DNA from: a virus
Lineage: Duplodnaviria > Heunggongvirae > Uroviricota > Caudoviricetes
Direction: 5' to 3' (one strand)
DNA length: 64,000 nucleotides
IMG/VR virus record: IMGVR_UViG_3300021399_000096
The translations under genes and the position numbers were made by a program. The notes beneath the pieces are model-generated. The model was not told the origin of the DNA and did no database searches. It worked only from the letters and a program-made list of their open reading frames with translations. Each line of letters begins with the position of its first letter. Position 1 is the first letter of the stretch. Of the stretch, positions 22,211 through 32,370 are shown piece after piece.

Positions 22211-22519
22211 ATGGGATTATCTAGAAGATATACATTGACTCTTATCAGGGAAGATGTAACAGATGAAGGAGTAGTAGTAAAAGAACTACCGCAGATTATA
22301 TGTCAATTCAAGCAATCTGAAAATGAATTAAGAATGTCATATCTAAATGAAAACATTATGGCAGAAATGGTAGTAGACAAATTGTGTAACGGGATAAAAC
22401 AAGAATTAAGAAACCCTAATCAAGCAATGAAAAAAGATGATGGAAATGAAGAAATAGAACAAACTATTATTCCATTATGCAATCCAATTTTACCTACTGA
22501 TTTTTTCAATAAAAAATAA
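22211..22519 (+). CDS. hypothetical protein
   Basis: 102-aa ORF. Confidence 0.55.
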   Translation: MGLSRRYTLTLIREDVTDEGVVVKELPQIICQFKQSENELRMSYLNENIMAEMVVDKLCNGIKQELRNPNQAMKKDDGNEEIEQTIIPLCNPILPTDFFNKK

Positions 22520-22530
22520 ATATTTTGAAT

Positions 22531-22740
22531 ATGAAAAGATGTGAAACTAGATTAGTATTAGAAAGAACAATAATAGAAGATGACGATACAAAAATAAAAC
22601 TTCCAGATATTTATGTTGAGGGGATAATAACATAGAAAAATTATGAAGATGCAAAACAGATGAATATTGATTTAGATTCTGAAGTTTTTCATTATATGTA
22701 TGTTGGATTATGTAAAAAAATAATAAAAAATAAGAAATGA
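22531..22740 (+). CDS. hypothetical protein (69 aa, code 15)
   Basis: One in-frame TAG at 22633. Its TGA overlaps the ATG of the next gene (ATGA). Confidence 0.45.
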
Positions 22741-23561
22741 AAAAATTTTTAATAGGTTTATTATGTTTAATATGTTCCTTATCATCTTATGCATATGATT
22801 GGGAACATGTTTCTTTAAATGGTGGTGGTGATATTATTGCTAATTATACTTGGCGTGGTTTTGCGCAAGGCGGTGTAAGTTTCCAACCTTGGGTAGAATT
22901 TTCTGCTTATGGAGTAACCGTTGGAACTTGGGCATCTGTTGGTTCTGGAGTTTATTCAGATTTTTATAAATTAGTTCCGGAAATTGATATTTATTTGTCA
23001 TATACGACTCCGGGTGATTGGGTGACTGCAATGGTTACTCACTATTATTATTTTGGCGGTGAAAAATATTTTAATTTTGCATATGACAAATCACTTGCCG
23101 GAACAACTCAAGATGAAGTTGAATTAATAGTTCGTCCATTAATGTTTATGGAAGAAAATAATGGGTTAGAAATCGGCGCAGCTGTTATGATTGGCGGCGG
23201 TGATTATTTTTCCGGTAATGGTGAAGAAATAGAAAAAGATGCAAATACATATAAAAAGTTATATTCAACTTATGTTTATTTTAGATACACTCACGAGATT
23301 GAAAATTGGACTATAAAATCAGAATTAGGTTTTTCTCCAAATCCTTCAATGTATACATATTATGATCCAATAAAAAAGAAACATGAATGTTTTGCATTGA
23401 ATAATTTAGCATGTTCTGTTAATTATTCATTCTTTAATAATAATATTATAAACGCATATGTTTTAGCCGGAATCAGATTCAATTTATTTGATGTTGGTTG
23501 TGAAAAATTTGCATATGGGAAAAACTTTGGGTGGAATTTAGGTATTGGATTTGAATTATGA
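22737..23561 (+). CDS. outer-membrane beta-barrel, TorF/TIGR02001-like putative porin
   Basis: Signal peptide, ANYTWRGFAQ motif, alternating aromatic strands, terminal LGIGFEL beta-signal-like end. Confidence 0.6.
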   Translation: MKKFLIGLLCLICSLSSYAYDWEHVSLNGGGDIIANYTWRGFAQGGVSFQPWVEFSAYGVTVGTWASVGSGVYSDFYKLVPEIDIYLSYTTPGDWVTAMVTHYYYFGGEKYFNFAYDKSLAGTTQDEVELIVRPLMFMEENNGLEIGAAVMIGGGDYFSGNGEEIEKDANTYKKLYSTYVYFRYTHEIENWTIKSELGFSPNPSMYTYYDPIKKKHECFALNNLACSVNYSFFNNNIINAYVLAGIRFNLFDVGCEKFAYGKNFGWNLGIGFEL

Positions 23562-23755
23562 TGGAATATAAATTTTTACATGGATTAATTAGATTTAATT
23601 GGCATGCATTACCATTAAAAGATAATTGGAAACATTTAAAGTTTTCATTACGGGAATTCAAAAACTGAACATTATTTTAATTTGCATCTTGCTTATAGAT
23701 TTCAATTTCCATTTATTAAATTAGGTTTTGATAATATATGGAAATTTATAAAATA

Positions 23756-23792
23756 AAAAATGCAATTAGAAACCGATTCTAATTGCATTTTT
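23756..23792. terminator. intrinsic terminator
   Basis: AAAAATGCAATTAGAA-ACCGA-TTCTAATTGCATTTTT. Confidence 0.7.
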
Positions 23793-23902
23793 AAAACTAT
23801 TTTTATTTTTTATTCTATAATATTTAAGTTTAGGCTTATATGAAATACCGTAAAGTAATGTAAGTTTAAAAATTTGTTTAATAAAAAATAAATTTTAAAA
23901 TT

Positions 23903-24547
23903 ATGAAAAAAGAACTAGACTTAAAAACAATTGATTCAAAAGAAAAAGCATTTCTTATTGGCACAGCATCCTCACATCTTATTAAGTATTGGAAAGATTC
24001 TAAAGAATTATTAGCTAAAAACATTTTACGTGTTGAATGGTGTTTAGCATCATTTAATGATAATTTATCTAAAGGAGAAAATCAAAAAGAAATTATTAAA
24101 AATTGGTTTATAAGAAATTTTGGTGATTATATTGATAAAATAGAAATTACACCAAATATATTTGGAAATGAAAACTGGTGGCTTATTATATATTTTAGAA
24201 TAACAGAAGATTCTAAAAATAATATTGAAAAATATATTCCAGTTAAAAAAGATTTATATGATTATTATATACGTGGGATGTTTGGAAGTTATTCATTTAG
24301 ATCAAAATCACCAGTTTCATATACTTCATCAAAGTATTACCCATTTTGTATATTAGGAAATAATAATTTTTTAAAAACACTCTCTAAAAAATTAAAAGAT
24401 TACTATAATTTAACTGAATATCATCTTCATATTGATAATTCACCAAAAAAATTTGGTTATTTAAGTTATTCAAAAAATAAAGAAAATACTGAATATTTTA
24501 ATTCAGTTTTTGAAAAAACTCAAGATTTATTTGATTTTGAATTTTAA
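23903..24547 (+). CDS. degenerate free-standing LAGLIDADG-like homing endonuclease
   Basis: IDSKEKAFLIG and YYIRGMFG resemble the two LAGLIDADG helices, but the catalytic acidic residues appear replaced. Confidence 0.5.
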   Translation: MKKELDLKTIDSKEKAFLIGTASSHLIKYWKDSKELLAKNILRVEWCLASFNDNLSKGENQKEIIKNWFIRNFGDYIDKIEITPNIFGNENWWLIIYFRITEDSKNNIEKYIPVKKDLYDYYIRGMFGSYSFRSKSPVSYTSSKYYPFCILGNNNFLKTLSKKLKDYYNLTEYHLHIDNSPKKFGYLSYSKNKENTEYFNSVFEKTQDLFDFEF

Positions 24548-24556
24548 ATAATAACA

Positions 24557-24588
24557 AATGCTATTAGAAAATCAATTCTAATAGCATT
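24557..24588. terminator. intrinsic terminator, near-twin of 23756-23792
   Basis: AATGCTATTAGAA-AATCAA-TTCTAATAGCATT. Confidence 0.65.
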
Positions 24589-24599
24589 CTTTTTAATTC

Positions 24600-26134
24600 T
24601 AGGACACTTTAATTGCTTAATAATTAAAATCTATATTAATCTTTTTATATGTTATTAAAATTAAAAATAATAAATTTATAATATTTAAAAAATAAACTTA
24701 AATAAATATAAAAAGATATTATTTAATATTATTATAAATGCAAACTATAAAATTGAAATATTCAATTTCTTCTCAAGAAGATTAGTTATTACTTAATGAA
24801 TATATTAGGCAATATAATTCAGTTTATAGAGTTGCATTTAATTGTCTTCAAAATAAAACTAAATTAAATATATAGAATTTAAATAATATAGAAAAACTAG
24901 ATTCTTGGTTTATATAGTCAGCTAATTATGATGCTAAATTTTTATATTCATTAAATGAAACTAACAAAGTTATATTTGGAGGAAAGAAAAACTTCTTTAA
25001 TAGATTAAAAGGCTTAATAACTAAAGAACAATATAAACAAAATAGATTAGTTCCACTAACTAGTTTTGGAGAAAAATCTAGTGGAACAAAACATGTTCAT
25101 GGAAATAGAAAATTTAAACTAAATGAAACATTATAGTTTATCATTTTAAAACTTAAAGAAAGAAAAATCTAGATTGAACTTCCTAGACAATTACACTAGA
25201 ATTATAAAAAATTATTAATTGAAGTTTATAAACATCAAGTTCAAGATGATATTGCAATAACTTATAAAATTGATTTGAATTATGTTTATATTTAGTTTGA
25301 TGAAACTATAGTTCTATAGAATAAATAGTTTTATAAACAAATAAACAATAGAGTTCTTGGTATAGATATGAATCCAAATTATATTGGTTGGTCTATAGTT
25401 GATTGGAAATCAGAAGCAGAATTTAAAATTATTAAATCTGGAATTTATTCTATTAAAGAACTTAATAATAAAGATTTTAGTCTTAAAGGAAAAGGATTTT
25501 CTAGTAACTCTAAAGAAAGACAATATATAACTAATAAAAGATAGTTTGAAACTATCTAGATAGTTAAGAACATAATTAATAAAGCAATTTATTATAAATG
25601 TTAGATAGTTAGTATTGAAGATTTAAATATGAAGTCTTCAGATAAAGAATTAGGAAAACATTATAATAAATTAGTTAATAATTCCTGGAATAGAAACTAG
25701 TTTGTTAATAATCTCTAGAAGAGATGCAATATATTTAATATTAAACTATTAAAAGTTAAACCAGAATATAGTTCTTTTATAGGGAATTTCCTTTATAGAA
25801 GTCTTTAGAAACCAGATATGGTTCTTGCATCTATAGAACTAGGAAGAAGAGGCTATGAATTTTATAACTAGTATATATTAAAAACTAAAGAAATAAAAAA
25901 GAATATAGTTAGACCAAATCTAACTAGTTTTAAAAAGCTATATCTTAAGTCATTGGAAGAATTTAATTTATAGCCAAACTATAAAGACTTGATAGAACTA
26001 TATGCTTATTTCAAAAAGTCTAAAATTATGTATAGACTTTCTATAGATTAGTTTAATTTATAGTTTTCTAGTTTGTTTTCAACTAAATCCTACGTAGGTT
26101 AGTTTATAAATAATTTTCATAAATTATTATAAAA
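24600..26134 (+). mobile_element. candidate non-autonomous IS200/IS605-like (IS1341-type) element; ends approximate
   Basis: tnpB without tnpA. Hairpins at the 3' end (CCTACGTAGG palindrome in AACTAA/TTAGTT; TTTATAAATAATTT-TCAT-AAATTATTATAAA). A 12-bp IR (ATCTTTTTATAT/ATATAAAAAGAT) lies upstream. Confidence 0.45.
24738..26132 (+). CDS. tnpB: TnpB-related (IS200/IS605 family) RuvC nuclease, 464 aa, code 15
   Basis: One frame ATG 24738 to TAA 26130 with about 20 TAG and no TAA/TGA. RuvC-I VLGID(210)MN, RuvC-II SIE(294)DL, RuvC-III KPD(360)MVLASIELGRRG, plus VIFGGKK. Confidence 0.85.
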
Positions 26135-26196
26135 CAAATACATTATCATCTTCAAAATTAAAAATCTTCAAATACATTATCTTCTTCAAAATTAAA
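26135..26196. repeat. 28-bp direct repeat (1 mismatch) separated by 6 bp
   Basis: CAAATACATTATCATCTTCAAAATTAAA (26135-26162) and CAAATACATTATCTTCTTCAAAATTAAA (26169-26196). Confidence 0.9.
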
Positions 26197-26817
26197 CCTG
26201 GAGTGTTTTCTGCGAATAATATGATTATCTTCAATATCATTCAATTCAACATAATAATCCTTAGATTCTTTCACAACATCATCAAGATTTTCTAGCATAT
26301 CTGCTATAATTCCTTTAAGTCTGACTTTAAATGCAGGATCAATTCCTCTGTCATTTATAAGTTCTTCCATTTTTGCTTTTAGTTTATATGCAGAAACTGC
26401 AGTATTAACCTGAGCAATATTGACACGATATGCAAATTCTTGTCCGATTTTAGATTGGCGTTTGTCTTCGCCGTATCTTTTCTTTTTCAGATTATTGACA
26501 TTATCTATTTTAGATGATGAAGACAAATGATAGATATTTTCTGTGAGAATTTTTCTGATAGCGATATCTGTCCCTTCTTTATAGGGAAAAACAAACCATT
26601 GAAGCAAATAATTATATTCCTCAAATGATGTAGACTATTGGTTTATTCGCTTCATTGACGCCTCCATGCATGTTTGGTAATCATCTGCATCTGCATATGT
26701 TTCACCGATTTTGACACGCGGAATAGATTTTCCGGCCATATAATCGGCTTTATATTGTTCAGGTGCATAGACATAAACAACAGTAAATGGATGTTCTATT
26801 TTCTTTTTCTTAGCCAT
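26158..26817 (-). CDS. GIY-YIG / T5orf172-like nuclease-domain protein (219 aa, code 15)
   Basis: Two fragments join at TAG 26635. Motifs VVYVY...VKIGET...KRINQQST...GQEF. Confidence 0.6.
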
Positions 26818-26821
26818 TTAA

Positions 26822-27217
26822 TTATGCTTTAGTTTCTTCTTTGTTTTCTTCAGATGATTCTTCTGGTTTTTCTTCTGACGTTTCTTCTTCAGATGGCAAT
26901 TCTAAATCTGCTGCAATATCAGATTCTTCTGACTTAGTTTCTTCAGATCCAATTTGATGGTCACGAATAAAACCAGAAACTTTGTCTGCAATAGTAATAA
27001 TATCATCCGTAGTTACATCAGACATTAACTTTGCAATATTGGTTGCAATTTTCAAAGACTCGATTTTGAGTTCTTCTTCTGTCATCTTTTTGTCTTCAGC
27101 AGATTCATTGACGTCATCTTCAAATAATTCATCTTCTGTAAGAAGATCTTCACCTTCATTCAAAGGTTTTTGCGGAAGCATTTGTTTTTCGATAAATTTC
27201 TTTAAATTAATATTCAT
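26822..27217 (-). CDS. acidic hypothetical protein, paralog of 28489-28839
   Basis: MTEEELKIESLKIATNIAKLMSDVTTDDII; also PLNEG and VNES motifs. Confidence 0.7.
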   Translation of the reverse strand: MNINLKKFIEKQMLPQKPLNEGEDLLTEDELFEDDVNESAEDKKMTEEELKIESLKIATNIAKLMSDVTTDDIITIADKVSGFIRDHQIGSEETKSEESDIAADLELPSEEETSEEKPEESSEENKEETKA

Positions 27218-27240
27218 AATTTTATATATTATATTTTTAA

Positions 27241-27624
27241 TTATCTGATATTTTTAATTTTCCCATTGTGTAAATAATTGAAATTTTTCAATTGTATACC
27301 ACTCATTATTTTATCTAATGTTATATGCAATTTGTCGCCAATCCCATAAGAAATTTTATAAAAACCTAAATTATTATCAAATTCGTAACATTTACATCCC
27401 CTCTTTTTAGAATTAGCGAGACGTATATTAATTTTTTCTTTACATTCATCTAATGTTCCACTAAATTCACATATAGCATTTTCAATATTTAAAGATTCAG
27501 GGTCAGTCCAAATTGTAACAACATAAAAAATATTATCTTCACCTTCATTTAAAGCTTTCTTAACTTCTTTAGCTACAGAAGTCATGATGCTTTCATACAA
27601 AGCCTTTTTGTTATCATTTTTCAT
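27241..27624 (-). CDS. leader-bearing hypothetical protein (candidate internal head protein)
   Basis: Starts MKNDNKKALYESIMTSVAKEVKKALNEG. Confidence 0.65.
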   Translation of the reverse strand: MKNDNKKALYESIMTSVAKEVKKALNEGEDNIFYVVTIWTDPESLNIENAICEFSGTLDECKEKINIRLANSKKRGCKCYEFDNNLGFYKISYGIGDKLHITLDKIMSGIQLKNFNYLHNGKIKNIR

Positions 27625-28509
27625 ATCTTTATCCTTTAATAAATTTTGCAAGTTTATTTCAAATATTTCCACAATACTTTTTTAATTTTTTGAATTTTCT
27701 CATTTTCTTTATTTTTATCCATATATTCCTTTAATTTGTCTTTCCACTAATCTCCATATTTTTGTTTAAAATACTTTACAAGACTTTGTGCAGAACGATC
27801 AACATTATAATCAGCTTTTTGTACCATTGCAACATTATTAGTATTATCTTCATTTCCAAAATAATATGTTGATTTACATAAATTACTATTTTTATCTATT
27901 AAATATTTTTTGCAAAGATTTGCTATATATTCAGCCGCTTCTTTATTATCTACAATAGGTATAACTAATTTTTGAGTGCTATTTAAATCATGCCATGAAA
28001 GTGTCTAATATGGACGATTAGTTGTTATATCAATATCAAAACCTAATTGTTTAATCAACTGACGTGTATTATCTTTATATGAAACATATTTTACTATAAG
28101 ACGTAATATATTATCTCCATAATAAAAATTTGAAATTTCATATTTAATATTTTTATTATTTAATGATTGAAAAGCTTTAGTATGTCTTTTTGCTGCATCA
28201 TCTATATTATCATGAAGATCCGGCATTGCATTTATTTTATTACTAAGTTCTTGCATCTGCTTAATAATTTTATTAGTTTCAACCCAATCATCTTTTGCAT
28301 CTTCTAACTAATTTTTAAGTTCATTAAATTTTTTAATTAATTCTTCTCTTTTACTAAATTCTTTTTGATCCTATCTATCTTTAATAGTAAGATCATCTAT
28401 ATCCTCATTCAATGCTTTCTTAACTTCTTTGGCGACAGCCATCATAATGTTTTCATACAAAGCTTTTTTGTTATCTCTTTTCATATCTTTATCCTTTAAT
28501 AAATTTTGC
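27546..28509. repeat. about 104-bp dispersed direct repeat (27546-27649 vs 28406-28509, offset 860)
   Basis: Ungapped alignment covering the upstream gene tail, AAAGGATAAAGAT, ATG and the leader codons. Confidence 0.9.
27654..28484 (-). CDS. leader-bearing hypothetical protein (276 aa, code 15)
   Basis: Starts MKRDNKKALYENIMMAVAKEVKKALNED and is open over 4 TAG to TAA 27654. Confidence 0.75.
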
Positions 28510-28839
28510 GAGTTTTTTAGCGATTTCAATAACATCATCAACGCCAACATTTGACATTAACTTTGCTACGTTGACAGCCTGACCAAGGGCTTTAACTTTA
28601 ATTTCCTCATCTGTCATTTTTTCAACTTCTTTCTTTTCATTTTCGATATCTTCTGTAGATGGTGCTTCGTCATCATCAAATTGCAAACCACCACCTTCAA
28701 AATAAGAATCTTCATCATTATTATCACTATCCAAATTAAATTCTTGACCAATTGCATTGCTATCATCATCGACTGATGCTACACTGACTTTTGGACCATT
28801 TGGATATGCACTTCTTTCTTTTCTTTCTCTTGGTTCCAT
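28489..28839 (-). CDS. acidic hypothetical protein, paralog of 26822-27217
   Basis: MTDEEIKVKALGQAVNVAKLMSNVGVDDVI. Confidence 0.7.
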   Translation of the reverse strand: MEPRERKERSAYPNGPKVSVASVDDDSNAIGQEFNLDSDNNDEDSYFEGGGLQFDDDEAPSTEDIENEKKEVEKMTDEEIKVKALGQAVNVAKLMSNVGVDDVIEIAKKLAKFIKG

Positions 28840-28969
28840 TATGTTTAAAAATATAATTTTATTATTTATTTTATATTAAAAACACTCAAAAAAACTTTTT
28901 TCTCAACCTGCCATAAAATAATTAATGTTAGTTATTCCGGTTAATAAATTTATTTTAATTATTAATTTA

Positions 28970-30793
28970 TTAAATACCTTTCTTGGTAGCTAAAGGAAAA
29001 TAGATTACTTCTGAATCTTTAGATTTCTTTTTCTTAGATTTTTTCTGAGATTTAGGAATGGTAAGATCTCCAGAACCATTAAACATATCAGAAGCCTATT
29101 GAGCACCTGTCATTGCTGCCCCTTGTGCTGGAACTACATTACCAATACCAACAGTATTCATTGGGGTATTGTAAGATCCTCCGACACCTCCACATTCTCC
29201 ACCACATTCGCCTTCAAACATAAATCCTTCAGTTACGGCTACATCGCCCGTTAAATCTTCGGATTGTTTTGCATCATTTTTCTTTCTTAATTTTTCAAGG
29301 CGTTTTTCATTATCTTCATATTGCTTTTGAATTTTTAAATATTTGTCTAAAATTTTATGACGTTTTTTAATGGATTTTTCCATTTTTTCTGGTTCTCTCC
29401 AATCATTAATCCATTTTTTGTCATTTTCACAAATATCTAATGCCTCTTTATACAATTCTAATATATCTTTTTTCTTTCTACTTTTTAATTTCCACCAAAA
29501 ATCATATTTTTCAAAATTTTTATCAGGTTCATCTGCTAAATTATCTAATGAAGTAACTCTATCAAAGAAATATTCAATTTGGCCAATAACATCCCATGCC
29601 CAACTTGATTCACGTTGTCTTTTAGCATCATTAAGAGTTTTTTTACATAAATCATATATTTGTTCAACCGTAGCTAAATTAATATCATATCTCATATCGA
29701 GTGGACCGTCACCGTCATTAGGATCATATCCCCAAGAACCTTCATTTAAAACAGAATTAAAGTCAAATGATTCATTAACTTTATCTTTAGTTAATAATTT
29801 GTACATTTCATCTTTATATTCTTGAAATGTTTTTATAAAATGAATTTTAGTTTTGGGTGCTTGATCAAAAATCTATTCTGTTTTTAAATTCAATAATAGT
29901 ATTGCTCTGCTAGAATCACCTGCACAAACAGATTTTTTAACTTGATCTTTCATATATGATTTAAATGTTTCATATGAAGATAGTATTTGTTGTTTTTCTT
30001 TTATTCTTTTTATTAAATCCTTTTCGCCTTTATTATATCGTTCTAATAAGTCTTTATACCCATCAAAGAAATTTTCAATAAATGACAAACGTATACCAAT
30101 ACCAGAATCATAATGATCACGTTTATTTAATATGTTTTGATCAATCATATTTAAAACATATTTTAATCTATCTAATAATTTTGAACTATCTGCCCACTAA
30201 TCTTTATCTAAATATAATTTGTATACAAATTTATAAAGTTCTTCATCACTTTTTAAATTAAAACTGCATAAATTAATATTTTCATCATCATATTCTATAC
30301 TAGTCAACCCGTCTAAATTAATATTATAAAACTCCCATTGTATCATATTGGCAACCAAACGATCTTTTTTATCATCTGTATCTTTTTTATGCCAATAATA
30401 TCTATTACAAAAAGCTCTAATTTTTTCAATATCTTCTATACTGGGATTTTTAATAATAAAGAAATTTTTTTGTTCCTCATGATCATATAAACAAACTACA
30501 TTTGCTCTCAGACATTCTTCTTCAGACATAAGACCATTCGATTCATTTAATGCATTTTTAATTCCTTTAGAAATTGCAGATACAATAGATTCATGAAATG
30601 GTTTTTTCCAATCAGGCGTAATTTGGTTTCCCCATGTATCAGAAGAAAACGGATCTTTGTTTCCGGCATCTTGCATTGCCATAAAGAATTTAATATTTTC
30701 TTTAGGTAAATGTACTGGGCAATTTGACACTCTATAATTTTCAGTGCCAATTTTGCCCAATAATTTACTTTTATTTGTATACTTAGATGCCAT
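28970..30793 (-). CDS. multi-segment hypothetical protein (607 aa, code 15), probable virion protein
   Basis: Three track ORFs join via TAG 30197, 29873 and 29096. Contains KPFHESIVSAISKGIKNALNES, VNES, VLNEG. Confidence 0.75.
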
Positions 30794-30812
30794 AATAATT
30801 TGAAATATATTT

Positions 30813-32360
30813 TTAATTATTTATTAAATTAAATAAACTATTTTCTAAATCTTTACTCCACCCCTCCACGCTATTACAAATAAATTTTATGTTCGGATCA
30901 TTTAAAGCTTTTTGAAAATCATTTTTAAATATAGAATAGTTCCATATTCCTAAACGAATATTAGAATCTAATATTGGTTCTTCATGCTCATAATAATTGA
31001 AGTAAATATCCTCAAGGACATAGCTTTCATTCATTAAGTTGAACTTTTCAATTATTGCTAATAGCTTGTCCATTTCATACCAATATGGAAAATGCGTAGT
31101 ATAGTTTATATGTGGCATACCATCTTTGTCAAATAACTGGCGTGTTTTCCATTTATCATAATTCCAATAACTTTTTGGAGCTTTAGAATTGCCAGTAAAA
31201 GATTGTGAATGATAATGTGTTTGTAAAATATCAAATAACGTAAATGGTTTGATTGCATATTCATCATCACACATTGCAATAAAACCAGTATATTGTTCTT
31301 TGTATTTGTTTATTACAGTTACAAATTTATTTAGAATATCAAGATGTGGATTATATTGCCCATCTATTTTTGGTTTTGTTGGACACTCAATAAATTCAAC
31401 CCACGGAAACTTTTCTTCAAAAGATTTGTCATATTCTCCAATCACTACAAAATGATAATTAAATGTACAGTTTTTTCTCCATAATGATAATGTAAGTTCA
31501 AGTTCGGTTCCTTGTGCACTACTTTGTTTATAAGGTAAAATCACTAGTGTTTCTTCTTTAAGTGCTTCCATAAGTTCAGTTTTTACACATTTTAATTCTG
31601 GATTAAGATTGAAGAAAAACTCAAAGTTTCGTCTTTTACCCCACATAAAACCACGTTTTTTTAATCGCCAAACATATTCCTCCCAAGATTTTGTTATGTA
31701 ATGTTTCAAATATATTTTATCATATACTTTTGCTGAACGATTTTTAGAAAAATCTGTTCTACACCAATTGCATTTATCACTTGGCTAATGAGGATTCCAA
31801 AAAACAGAATCGTTATATTTTTTCAAATTAAAGCAAGTTTTGCTAAGTGCATATGGTTGTTCGACTAAATAACCAGTAGATTCATATTTATATGCTTCAA
31901 GAACTTTTTGATTTGGTTTTTGAATATAATTGCAAGCTCCATAACATTTCCATTGTAAAACTATAGCATCATAATCTTTATATAGTGATACAATATCATA
32001 TAGTTTGGAACTATTATTTTCAAGTGTAATAAATTCATCAGCATCTATCACAAAACACCAATCAAATTCTAAATAATTATTTGAAAGATATCGAAGGCAT
32101 CGTTTTATATAAAAATGATGTGGACTTTTTGTTTTAGTTTGTTTTAATTCTAATAAATATGTTTTTTCTTCTATATTAAATAATTCTGAAATGTTTAATA
32201 ATGAAACACAACTATATTTGTCTGTAATGTCTTTATGGGAATCACTATCAAAATCTTCAAAAATAAAAACACAATCAATACCTAAATTAAGATGGTATTG
32301 AATCCACTCATCTAGGTATTGATGCTCATTTTTTATTACTGTACAAATACAGGTTTTCAT
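30813..32360 (-). CDS. GT2/GT92-like glycosyltransferase fused to a Stealth-like sugar-phosphotransferase domain (515 aa, code 15)
   Basis: Joined via TAG 31785. N-terminal ICTVIKNE..YLDEWIQYH, IDADEF, LKHYITKSWEEY; C-terminal ELELTLSLWRKN, MCDD, THFP. Confidence 0.7.
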
Positions 32361-32370
32361 AAATTACTTA

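Noticed and set aside
23903-24547. Group I intron or intein hosting the LAGLIDADG-like ORF
   Set aside because: No interrupted host gene. The ORF is free-standing between two terminators.
24589-24737. Adjacent TnpA (Y1 or serine) transposase or a precisely definable left end
   Set aside because: No such ORF on either strand, and the region is too AT-rich to call an end or TAM by eye.
26135-26196. Possible mini CRISPR array next to the RuvC nuclease
   Set aside because: Only two 28-bp copies with a 6-bp gap, AT-rich and non-palindromic; no spacer-sized interval.
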